A stretch of 40,499 nucleotides of DNA, from NCBI GenBank assembly GCA_904063045.1, contig CAJFCJ010000045.1, positions 99,961-140,459 on the forward strand, written 5' to 3'. The notes under the pieces are model-generated. The model was not told where the DNA came from. It saw nothing but the letters and a program-made list of their open reading frames with translations, and made no database searches. This DNA comes from Dimorphilus gyrociliatus. Lineage: Eukaryota; Animalia; Annelida. The position numbers were made by a program, and so were the translations under genes. How positions within the stretch are numbered: the first letter of the stretch is position 1; every line of letters starts with the position of its first letter. Shown here in pieces: positions 20,601-32,329 of the stretch.

Positions 20601-23258
20601 TGACAGTTGTAAGGTTTCTATTTTAGAACAATTCTTTAGAAAATTTTCTAGATTTTTGCTCTGTTCTTTATTCAAATTACATTCAACTAAGTAGAGACTT
20701 GTCAGTGTATTTGAAGATTTGTGAAGTGCTTCACAAAAATTAAAGTTTCCATCACCAATTCCAATATTCTTTGACAGTTGTAAGGTTTCTATTTTAGAAC
20801 AATTCTTTAGAAAATTTTCTAGATTTTTGCTCTGTTCTTTATTCAAATTACATTCAACTAAGTAGAGACTTGTCAGTGTATTTGAAGATTTGTGAAGTGC
20901 TTCACAAAAATTAAAGTTTCCATCACCAATTCCAATATTCTTTGACAGTTGTAAGGTTTCTATTTTAGAACAATTCTTTAGGAAATTTTCTAGATTTTTG
21001 CTCTGTTCTTTATTCAAATTACATTCAACTAAGTAGAGACTTGTCAGTGTATTTGAAGATTTGTGAAGGCTTCACAAAAATTAAAGTTTCCATCACCAAT
21101 TCCAATATTCTTTGACAGTTCTAAGGTTTCTATTTTAGAACAATTCTTTAGAAAATTTTCTAGATTTTTGCTCTGTTCTTTATTCAAATTACATTCAACT
21201 AAGTAGAGACTTGTCAGTGTATTTGAAGATTTGTGAAGTGCTTCACAAAAATTAAAGTTTCCATCACCAATTCCAATATTCTTTGACAGTTGTAAGGTTT
21301 CTATTTTAGAACAATTCTTTAGAAAATTTTCTAGATTTTTGCTCTGTTCTTTATTCAAATTACATTCAACTAAGTAGAGACTTGTCAGTGTATTTGAAGA
21401 TTTGTGAAGTGCTTCACAAAAATTAAAGTTTCCATCACCAATTCCAATATTCTTTGACAGTTTAAGGTTTCTATTTTAGAACAATTCTTTAGGAAATTTT
21501 CTAGATTTTTGCTCTGTTCTTTATTCAAATTACATTCAACTAAGTAGAGACTTGTCAGTGTATTTGAAGATTTGTGAAGTGCTTCACAAAAATTAAAGTT
21601 TCCATCACCAATTCCAATATTCTTTGACAGTTGTAAGGTTTCTATTTTAGAACAATTCTTTAGAAAATTTTTAGATTTTTGCTCTGTTCTTTATTCAAAT
21701 TACATTCAACTAAGTAGAGACTTGTCAGTGTATTTGAAGATTTGTGAAGTGCTTCACAAAAATTAAAGTTTCCATCACCAATTCCAATATTCTTTGACAG
21801 TTCTAAGGTTCCTATTTTAGAACAATTCTTCAGAAAATTTTCTAGATTTTTGCTCTGTTCTTTATTCAAATTACATTCACCTACATAGAGACTTGTCAGT
21901 GTATTTGAAGATTTGTGAAGTGCTTCACAAAAATTAAAATTTCCATCACCAATTCCAATATTCTTTGACAGTTCTAAGGTTTCTATTTTAGAACAATTCT
22001 TTAGAAAATTTTCTAGATTTTTGCTCTGTTCTTTATTCAAATTACATTCAAGTAAGCAGAGACTTGTCAGTGTATTTGAAGATTTATGAAGTGCTTCACA
22101 AAAATTAAAGTTTCCATCACCAATTCCAATATTCTTTGACAGTTTTAAATTTTCTATCTTAGAACAATTCCTTAGGAAATATTCTAGGTTTTTGCTTTGT
22201 TCTTTATTCAAATTACATTCATATAAGTTGAGACCTGTCAGTGTATTTGAAAATTTGTGAAGTGCTTTAGAGATATTAACAATGGCATTTCCAATGACTT
22301 CATTTTGTTGAAGATTCAAAGGTGCAATTGTTGAAAAATTGCTTATGAGATATCCAATTATCCAAACATTTTTTTCATTCAAGTTAGATTGTGGAAAGTT
22401 CACATTTGTTATTTGTTGTGTTGATTCAACTGAATCTGAAAAATCATTAATTTTCTTGTCATTAACACTTTGTTTAGGTACGTTATCAATTTTATTGTTT
22501 TCATTTTCGAAATACTGTTTTAGCTTTGAAAATGCTTTCTTTTGAGAGTCATCAAAAACATTTATATAACTTTTTTCCATTTTGTTCAAATTGTGATGTA
22601 TTATATATTTTGTTGGTAAATTATCAAAAATTTTCAAGTTTATTTTGAAGTGTGTGTTTAACAGACTTTCCAGTCTTTCAGTTTGAGTGGTAAATGTTTT
22701 AAAAAAGCCAGTACGTAGATCATTTATCTCTAAAAATTTGTGCCTTATATATTCAAACTCTAATTTTAATTTATCCATTGCTTTTCTTTCATAGTTGTCA
22801 ATTTTTTTTAAAAATTCTCTTGTAGTTGTTCTGTCTCTTATTAAGATTATATTTAGTTTTTCTTTCAAATTTGCTAATTTCTTCATTGAAAATGTTGAGC
22901 ATTTTTCATGGGTTTCATCCAAACAGGAAATACATAAATTTTCAATATTATGTGTTTGACAATACATCAATAACTCCTCACCATGTTTTTCACATAGACT
23001 TTTGTTCTTTATTTGACTTCCTATTAAAGGTTGAAGTCGATTTTTTGGTAGTTGATCAAACTGGCCAAAAGGTATGTTAACCTTTTCTCTGCAAGCAGGA
23101 CATTCTATTTGATTATTAGCAACTGCTAAGTTTTGTATACATGTGAAACAAAAGGTATGTTGACAAGGAAATATTCTAGGATCATTTCCTATCCAAGAAT
23201 CTAAACAAATCGCACAATCAAATTCTTCTTGGTTAATAAAAAAGCCTGTGGCAGCCAT
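14624..23258 (-). CDS. TRIM-like (RING, B-box2, coiled coil) protein fused to a giant RI-type LRR array; ~2,880 aa if 8 indels are repaired (as written, the frame ends after ~530 aa)
   Basis: C3HC4 RING (CAICLD..PCQHTFCFTCI..CPACR), B-box2 (CEKH..YCQTH..CISCLDETHEKC) and a helical region, then LRR units through ORFs 21660-23303, 21044-21358, 20478-21017, 18989-20335, 16188-18962 and 14821-16056. Ends KNCSIIVE* at 14624-14626, with AATAAA at 14596-14601. 8635 bp + 7 deleted bases - 5 inserted bases = 2879 codons. Confidence 0.8.
14641..22260 (-). repeat. Coding tandem array, 171-bp unit x ~44-45
   Basis: The 171-bp period is read directly (e.g. AACAATTCT at 14641 and 14812). Core units differ only at two recurrent SNP sites and rare indels; the 3-4 units at the gene's 5' side are more diverged. 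Confidence 0.98.
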
Positions 23259-23646
23259 TTTTACACTGTGTATGGATCTTGTTATTTTTACTTTCAGTTT
23301 CAAATTTTCAATAGTATTTACTTTTGTTTTTTAAAATTTGTGATATTTTATGGAAAATGGGAATTTTTAAGTATTTTTTAAATATATCAAATGTGGAAGT
23401 GTCTAAAATACAAAATTTTTAAATGGTTATTGCTAAAACAGGGTTGTGAAGAAGTATCTAAATATAATATTGAATAATATAATGATCACATTATACAGAA
23501 TCTGTTGAGCTGAATTATACTTTTGAAATTTAACATAATAGGGGTAAAACCATACCTGAGTGAAAGCCTAGTCATATTAGGTGAAATGATACTCTTGAAA
23601 TTCCAGACATTTTATTTATTAATACTTAGGAAAAGCATATAGAAAA

Positions 23647-23790
23647 TGTACTTTGTTGTATTGTAATCATAGGAATTTCTGCTTTTTCAGAACAGTATTT
23701 TTCGTTTCCAATCATTTATCAATACACCAAAGTACTCACACAAATAGAACCTTTCAAGTTCCTACACAAATAGTCTTAAAAAATGTAATT
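23647..23790 (-). mobile_element. LTR fragment (U5-like end)
   Basis: TGTACTTTGTTGTATTGTAATC..., homologous to the first ~140 bp of the solo LTRs. Confidence 0.8.
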
Positions 23791-23917
23791 TTGTAGAATT
23801 GAGGGAGGGTTAGGGTTAGAACCAAAATGTAAGAATAATATAACTGTATTCTAAAGTAATACTAGACCTGTTCACTAAGGCAGTTGATTCAGGACTGAAT
23901 GCCTGTTACCACCTGGG

Positions 23918-24000
23918 ACCCAGACAGAACGTCCCCTGGACAAAATGTCCCCTGACAAAAATCTCCTGGACAAAACATCCCCTGGACAGATTGTCTCTTG
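23918..24000. repeat. About 5 tandem 16-bp repeats (GGACAAAATGTCCCCT), MULE-type terminal-repeat remnant
   Basis: Visible tandem motif resembling the GAGAAAACGTCCACAA repeats at the ends of copy C. Confidence 0.5.
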
Positions 24001-24181
24001 AGCTAGAAAAGTGAAATAATTTCTTTATTGTGCTAAATAATGTTTTATTGAATTGCTAATTAAATATTGAGATAAAAAGTGTTTCAAACTATTTTAAAAA
24101 TACCTAAAATTAGAATTATTTGATTTAAAGAAAAAAGGACTATTATACAGGAAGTCTTGTCCACTTCCTGTTTATAATAAC

Positions 24182-25658
24182 TGTGCACTTAGAAACATCA
24201 ACATAATAATATTTAGACTTAGATATTATAGAACTTTAGAAAGGCTTTTATTTTGTAGCAATTATAATGGTGGAAGTTTAGAAAAAGTGTTATTTTGTTC
24301 AAAGAGTATTTATTGAGTAAATGAGTTTCTAGTTCTAAACAAGCAAGTTTTAACACCAAGTTAGCTGTTAGAAAACTGAACTGCATACTGATGAATTCAT
24401 AGGCTTTATATACTTTTCCAAAAGTTAACAGTTCACAGATAAAAATATCTACACAAAACAAATGTATCATTATGGATAAAAGGAAAGTTCAAATATGGTT
24501 CCATATTTGTTGACTTTGCTTTGTTAAGGAAAACTGTTGTCAATAGGTCAGAAAATTGCATAAGATGTAACAATTTTTGCTAAATGTTGGATTGGTTCCA
24601 ACACACAAAAATAGACAGAGGTCATCATAATTCTGTTTTTAAATACCACAAATTATAAATAATAATTGTTTGTCAAAGGTAAAATATTTGAGTATAAGTC
24701 ATTGGCAGAGTAAGGTTAATTTCACTTGACTATCTACAATAGTATTGCGCTTACAATACTTGTGGAAGTGACAATGAACTACACACTTCAAATATATATG
24801 AAATAGTGTAAGATATAATTAATGATCATTAAATATGATGTGCAAATTAATAAAAACTAGAATTTAAGTTTAGTTGTAAGTATATTCTACAACTACCTGT
24901 AAATAGTATAAAAATAGGGTGTGTTGTACACTAGGCAGGCAGAGTATTGTTAAATACTATTTTGATATTTCTTTTCCACAGGTGAATGGAATGTAACAAT
25001 TTGAAGTTACTCTATAGACTGTGCATACTTGTAGGTAAGTATATGCGTATGGTTTACAATAATTACCTGAATGTGTACATCATTCAAATATTAATCTCTA
25101 AACCATTAGAGATAAAAAATTGCTGTTGATGTTTTCTCCTAAGTTATGGAAGTTTTCTCTTGTGGACATTTTCTCCATAAACCAAAATTAATCAACAAAA
25201 TGTCAGTATTTTATTAAAGAATATGTATTGAGTAAATAAGTTTCCAGCTCTAAACAAGTAAGTTTAAACAACTGGTTAACAGTTAAAGAACTGAACTGCC
25301 AAACTGGGAAAATGTATTTCCTTTTATACATTTTCCAAAGCTTGCGTTCAATTTATCAAAGGATTATATTTGTCACAAAAAGATAAAGACAATGTATGAT
25401 ATTTCAAGAAACATAATCACCAAACAAAGGCTATATGGTCAAGATATGTTGCCACACAACACATCTGTGTTATCAACATCTGATAATTGTTAAGAAAAGC
25501 AACTTTGACACATTTCTTTCTAAAGTGCTAAAGTTAACTCCATGAAACAAAAGTCCTTCTAAAGTTCCAGCATTATAATTCCTACAAAACAGAAGTCTTT
25601 CTAATGTACCTTATATCTAAAGTCTAAGTATTGATAAATCATTATATCTATGTGCACA
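24182..25658. mobile_element. Mosaic of LTR-family fragments (inverted piece 24182-24290, forward pieces ~24290-24570 and ~25190-25658) plus a MULE terminus at 25125-25183
   Basis: TGTGCACTTAG at 24182 and GTGCACA at 25652-25658; shared ATTGAGTAAATGAGTTTCTAGTTCTAAACAAG motif; TTTTCTCCATAAACC at ~25170-25183. Confidence 0.65.
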
Positions 25659-26824
25659 AATTATTTCATTTTGATGAGAAAAGAACAAACTTCACATATA
25701 ACTATTGTTACAATTTTTTTTTCAATTGACTACAAAAATCAAACTGACATTCTCTGTTTAATAGAAAAAGATGTTGGGACTGGTTGAAAACAGCCAGAGC
25801 CTTGATTGAAAATGGCCAAACACTTATTTTTATATAGATATGTTATATATAAATGTTAAAACAAGACTTAGATGGTACTTTTTGTCTCATTTAATAGTGT
25901 ACATATTTTTAATATTTAATTGTATTGTTTTTCACTGCTCAAAGCCTTCACATATTTATAAGATTAATTAATGTGTTTGGGTGATAATGTCACAATTAGA
26001 ATAATTTACTAGTTTTCTTTTGAAAAATATATATTTCATTGATTTTGAAACTTTCTGTTTGAAAGCATTAGGTAACATTCACAAATTTGAAGAGAAAATT
26101 TGATGTAGTTATTGTGTAATCTTCACCAATCCTCCATGGATCTTCTCTAAGATGGTATTGCACAACTTGTAGATATTTTAGTGATAAAACTTCTGCTAAC
26201 TGTCTAATGTGTTCTGTTAATTTGTGGTGTGGTGACTTTAGCGTAAATATTGAATGGAATGTTTTTATGAAATCTTGAACATATGACTTACTATTATTCA
26301 GCCATAAATTTTCTTTTTTTGTTAAGAAATAAATATGACAACAAATCAATGTTCAGCTCTTCCAGTTTCTCCTTAAACAACACAAATACTAGCAGGACAA
26401 TACATTAAACCAAAGTAACAGTTCACAACAAAAGAAGAAACAAAACCAACTATCAAATTGTTTAATGGAGTGGAATTTAAAAACTGCCTGAGTCCAATAA
26501 AATAGACAGCATTTTACTTCAGACTTCTTTTTGTCATTATTAATGTTAAAGATATAGAATATGAAAATACTTATAGAAAATAAAAGGCAAAAGTTCACAG
26601 GCCAATACATTAATTATAGTAAATAATTCACCAATTTATAAATTACATAATCTGTTCAAACACTGATCTTTTGAAGTATCACTTGGCAAAAGTTAGCTTG
26701 CAAAAAAATATTTTGTAAAAGTTGATTTTCCCAATGAATAGAACTTTTTCCAGAAAGAAAGCTTTAAAGAAGTCTATCAATCCTCACAAATAAACACACA
26801 GTCCTTTTTAATTAATTAGTAAGT

Positions 26825-27182
26825 AGAGATCAACAAAACATCAGTATTTCATCCAAAGAATATGTATTGAGTAAAATGAGCTTTTAGTTTTAAACAGGCT
26901 AGTTTAAACAACCAGCTGATGATTAGAAAACTGAACTATCAACTGTTAATTTTGTAGGATTTATATACTCTTTTAAAGGTTGATAGTTGACAAATTTCAA
27001 TGTTCACAAAAACAAAAGTAACATTTGAAGACAAAGAAAAGTTGTAAATATGGTCATGTTTTTATTGTTTTCCTCTTCTAAATAATAGTTGAATTTCGAA
27101 GGTTGGAGAGTTGCATAAGATGTAACAATTTTAATATGACAAGTCCAACAATCAAGAAAACAAGTGGATTGTATATTTGACA
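26825..27182 (-). mobile_element. LTR subfamily B fragment
   Basis: Close match to ~1375-1727. Confidence 0.75.
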
Positions 27183-27599
27183 AAAAGTAATGTCCTTCTT
27201 GCAGGGCATTTATTACAGGATATGTTGTTATTACATCAGATCAGACTGAACTTTATTGCAAATTCTATAAAACATTGAATTAAAATGTCACATTTAATTT
27301 ATCCACATCTGATTGAATAAGATTGTATTCCTTGTAATAAATTCCACAAGCAGGACATTTTGGTTCTGGAAATTCTAATAAGCAAAACAGCAAATAATAT
27401 CATTAAAAGGTAAAAGCAGAACATTTCAAATCTGGCTATGACAAAATTTACATTGAAGATTGACAAGTGTTTTCTTGTACAACCTTGACTGATATTTTCT
27501 CACTCACTGAGGCGACTTCTGCCTTAGCTCTGGGCAACTTCTACCTTAGTTCTGGGCGACTTCTGCTATCACTGATAAGATTCTGATAAGATTCTTATT

Positions 27600-27864
27600 T
27601 TATTAATCAATTTCACAAATTGAAATTATGTATACCTGAAATAATTTCCTATAAGCTGTCGTTTTCTTCGATCCCATATATGCAAACAGTAATGGAACTT
27701 GTTTCATTTCTCCATGTTTTTTGATGAACCCATGAACTGTGAACAATTGGTAAAATGGGTCTCTGACACATTTAAATGTTCCATCCAAAAACGTGTGGAT
27801 ATTTTCCTCTGTGGACGTTTTCTCCTGTGGACATTTTCTCTTGTGGACGTTTTCTCCATAAACC
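27600..27864 (-). mobile_element. MULE copy D: terminal repeat joined directly to the DGTFK region (internal deletion)
   Basis: The reverse complement begins GGTTTATGGAGAAAACGTCC (same terminus as 10416), then FLDGTFKCVRDPFYQLFTVHGFIKK..KQVPLLFAYM..AYRKLFQ/gt. Confidence 0.8.
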
Positions 27865-29244
27865 TTTTAAATGTTACCTAAATTTCTCCTACATTATGGC
27901 TATTTCTGGAAATTGTTGTATATAGTTTTATGTTCATGACAGGAAATTTTGAATGAATATCAAACTATTAAGTGTCATCTTATTCATTTCCCCCTTTCCT
28001 CTATAAAAAGTAGCTCTAGTGATTTATCATGCATAACTAAAAATATATGTAGATATTTAAAAAACCATAAACATAAAACAATCTGATGGAAGAGAAAATG
28101 TCCACTGATGAAAAAATTACATTAAAACATCAAGTAAATATTGAAAAAGTATTTGTGTAAAAAGAGAATATGTTTAATAAACATGTTGTATACATTTAAT
28201 GATTTGCTAAACATGTTATACATAGTTTTTATCAATATACAGTAAGAATATAAATTTAATGATGACAGAGAAAATACATCAATTAATCAATTTAATTAAC
28301 TATTTATAAGCATTCTACTTTGTTGTATTGTCTTTATAGAACTTTCATTCTTGTCCATACCACTTATTTTGAAACATGTCAAAGTGGTGACACAAAACAG
28401 AACCTCAAATTTCCTCCACATGAATTAGTAAATAAATGAAGAGAAGTTGACAGCAAGATTTTGGAATAAAAAATTGTTGTTAAGAGCAAGACAGTAAATG
28501 ATCTATATCTTTGAGGATTTTACCTAAAGGCTATGACTAATCAAAAAAAGTAGATAAATAAAAAGAATTAGGTCAGGGATGATGAAGAATCATTCATTGT
28601 AGATATTTTCTATTGTATTCAAATGAAATTTGTTAAAATTTTTTTCCAACCTGTTAATAAAATGTCAATATTTTACCAAATTAAATATGCAATCAGTATT
28701 CTTCGCATCTAATTTTAATCAAGTGGTTAGGAAACAAAGCTTCATACTGTTCAGATTTTATATTCTTTTCCAAAGTTCACAATTTTAAAATAGTTCATGA
28801 TTCAGTTCTGTAAACTTATTGTTTTATTTTGCTTGTTGGACAAAGAAGCACATATACTCTATAGATAATCTATGTTGTGTAATAGTGATATAAACATTAA
28901 TTATTAAACAGTGATACAGATACAATATTATCATTTTAATAATTAATTATCAATTTCACAGTTTGAATTGATCATCTGGAAATTTGATAGATAATATTCA
29001 CTTTTGAATTATATTCATTATCCTTCTTCTGTTTATAAAAGTAATTATTTATGAACCTTTTAATAAAAGCTATCAAAGGAGATCATTAAACAAGTTTATC
29101 AAAATTATTAAATTTCTTATGTTGTATAAAAGAAAAAAAAAGTAAAAAACCAATTTTTAGCTAACTATACAATATATGAATGAGCTAATAACCATTTGGC
29201 ACATTACCTTCATCTGTCAAATGGCAACTAAACCAAGAGTTGAA

Positions 29245-31100
29245 ATGAAGAAAGAATCATGGTATTTTGCAAAAAAAATTATTGTTTTACATTTAACATT
29301 CATTGCACAATGCCAATGTTTTGTGACTGATATTGAAAATAATGTCAAATCTAAACCTGTTTATCAACAGTATACTGTTAATGATAGCTATCTGGCTAAA
29401 TATGCTGTTTTTGATGAAGAAAATCCAATCAATCTTTATTCCCATGATGAGATAACTAGTAATGGATTTTTACTTATTGATCTACAGGCTGATTATGAAA
29501 TTTTTGAAATATGTTTATGTAACAGCCAGAATTCTAGTAAGTTTTTAATAAATGAAATGATAGATTTATAAATCTTTGAATCAATTAAATAAACAACAGA
29601 TCATTTGAGAAATTTTAAAGTTTATGCTAGCAATTCTATGATTGAAGTGGAAAATAAAAATCTCTGTTTTCACTTTACTGATGAAGTTAGTCAGCTAACT
29701 CTCCTGGAAGACAGCAGTTATATTTGTAAAATGTGCAATTGTCTGGGACAGTTTGTGAGACTCCAGAAAACTGAACATAGTTATATGACTATAACAGATA
29801 TTAAAATTAGAGGAAATTTGTCAAAAGAGACAGGTTAAAACTTCAAAATAATTTTTTTTACTTTCAGAAAAATTTCAAAACTTTTCAGATGATCAACTGA
29901 TACCTTTAGAAAGTACTGAGCTTTTTTATGCAAATGAATCAAGGCTAAACTCTCTTTCTACTTTATGTGATAGATTATTTTCAACTTATGTTGAGTTTAG
30001 CAAACCCTATGAATCTAAGTACTTTTTACAAATCAATTTGAGAAAAGTCCTCCAAATTAAAAGAGTCATATTAGATTTACCAAAGAAACAAGGTTTTTTC
30101 CAAAAACATTCACCTTCTCCGTCTAACCATAACATTTTTACATATCTTTTCAAAAGGATCATCATTCAGATATATTAGAGTTGATACCTTGCTACTAAGA
30201 AAATCACATAGAGGTGGAGAAGGTACAACTTATTCAGGAATATCCACGAGGCCTTATAAGAAGGTTTTTTCTACAAGGATATTTGAATTTCCATGTTATA
30301 AACATGCAAAATACATAAGCATCTTTGGAGGTTAGAAGTCAAATCGTGTTGAAAGTATGGAAATTTCAAACATGTATATCTATTATAAACAAAATTTCCA
30401 AAAAGATAACATATATGGTATGACCCATAAATTTAGTCTTTTTTATGATAATCTAACCATAAACCAAAATTTTTGCAAGAGCCGGAAAAAAGGAAGATGT
30501 AATTTTTCCAAATAATCTCCAAGATGATGTATTATTACCAAATGAACTCGATCTGAACTTGACTGATGGTGATAGAATATATATTTATCTAAAGCCAACA
30601 CTTTTAACTGTCATATGTTTGATGTGTATGTATATATAAACAAATAAGTATATATAATTTTTAGAGTGTATTCAAAATATTTCAGATTTCAGTCTTGAAA
30701 GAGTAGAATACAAAATCATAGCCACTGACATAACACAAGGTACTGAACAAATTAATGTGACAGTGACTGTTTATGGTGTTTACATGTTCAGAATTATCAC
30801 TAGCTTTTTATCATACTCTATACTTGATTGCTGTGAAATCCATGACAATAACTGAATGTGAACTTTTCACCAATTTACCAAACAGCTATAGTAAGCATTT
30901 TAGATATTTTTTCTTATCACCCTATTAATTTTAGAAGTTTACAGGTCCTATTGAGGGTATTCTTACAAATTGTGATATGCTTCAAAGACAAAAAATTACC
31001 CTGAAAAAGTCACTTTTCAAAAAGTGGTAATAATTTAGATATCATTAATATTCAGGTTGTTGCCCTTCAGGATCATCAATTTGCAGAATGCCAAAATGAC
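29245..31100 (+). CDS. Multi-exon secreted-type protein with FTP (fucolectin)/F5-8C-like domains; 3' part disrupted or uncertain
   Basis: Signal-like MKKESWYFAKKIIVLHLTFIAQCQC; LLIDLQADYEIFEICLCN..LRNFKVY..C..C..GQFVRLQK..MTITDIKIRG. Phase-1 GT-AG introns 29537-29599, 29834-29888 and 30093-30156 keep the frame. There is an in-frame TAG at ~30333 and a frameshift near 30490. The 3' end is not resolved. Confidence 0.6.
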
Positions 31101-32329
31101 AAACAAATATATACAACAGAAAGAGGCAAAGTCTTTTTTTATTATTGTTGGATGGATATTCATAGTGTTGAAATTTTCATAATGGACCCAAAAGTTCATA
31201 TAAGGAACTTGATAATATTATAAAATAATAAGAAAATACACATATTTATAAAACTGATTATTTACTGCCTGACATTTGATTAGTTTCACATTTTACATAT
31301 ATATATATATTTTTATGCAAATGAATCAACTTTTTGACAGCTTCGCTTCTGTGACCTGTTCACTAAGAGGGTTGATTCAGGACTGAATGCCTGTTACTAC
31401 CTACACCCTGCTTTTATACAATTCCTTATCAGTTGTTTATGCCTTAGAGGTCAACAACAAGGGTCTAACCCCATATAAGGATTGTTCACAACAAACAAGG
31501 TCAAGGGTTATTACATTATGTAATACTGATGTAAACAACAACAACTTTGTGGAGGGTAACTCTCAAGGGTCAACTGTTACATCATATTTATGTAAATAAA
31601 CACTTGTTGTTGTTGTCAACATGTTTGGTTATGTAACACCTTATCCTTTGCCTATAAAAAAGGGGTTGATTCTTGCAGTTTCGTACCAGCTACTCCAGAG
31701 GCAACATCTACTTCAATATGTCTACCATATAGTAAGTATTATTTATAAAATATTTATAAACTATAGTTCATAAGGGTACACTAGTAGAAAATAGAATCCA
31801 TTCCATTTTCCATTTACTCCATTGATAGATAAATTTGTTGAAATACTTTTTTCATTTATCATATTCACCAAACAATTCCTTTTGACCTAACAATGATCCT
31901 GACAAATCTGATGCATGAGATAAATTTTTCAACAAGAATAATCAATATTAAAATATAATATTAAATATAAAAAGAATTAAATGAAGATTACAGACACTTA
32001 ATTGGCCATTGCTTCTGTTCTCTTACATATTCTTCAAGAATCTTTTCCCTTTCTAATCAACAATAATTTTTCCTGCAAGATATAAGTTTCTACATATTAA
32101 TAATTATTAGCATCAATTCAAATTAGTTATTAAGTATATCTTAATACTTAAACTAAAAATTTTACAAGGCGGTTTGGGACTTTTTGCCCATACTGTATCA
32201 TAAAACAACTTTTCATATTTTTGCTAATTGTGAATACTTTGGTCAGTTGAAAAATGATTGGAAAGGACAATTACCTTTCAAAAAGGGACAGAAATTTCTA
32301 CAACTACAGTAAAACAGAATACAACAAAT

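Noticed and set aside
14820-21672. Programmed ribosomal frameshifting to read through the array
   Set aside because: The indels are irregular, of mixed type and present in only a minority of otherwise identical units. Error or mutation is simpler.
14641-22260. CRISPR array or non-coding satellite
   Set aside because: There are no unique spacers. The unit is 57 codons, open on the minus strand and continuous with a RING/B-box ORF, in a eukaryotic context.
14641-23258. VLR-like somatic assembly from flanking LRR cassettes
   Set aside because: The flanking relics are gene 3' ends with UTR-like flanks, not a library of diverse cassettes. Nothing in the sequence shows somatic rearrangement.
24960-25052. 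Orphan exon-like segment (cag|...|gtaagt)
   Set aside because: No coherent ORF or partner exons were found.
26068-26560. ORF 26068-26349 and a nearby CCLFYWTQAVFK peptide
   Set aside because: Probably transposon debris (the latter MULE-like), but too short and degraded to assign.
31348-31640. ~50-bp match to 23867-23912 and a possible further small LTR ending TGTAACA
   Set aside because: Boundaries and TSD could not be established.
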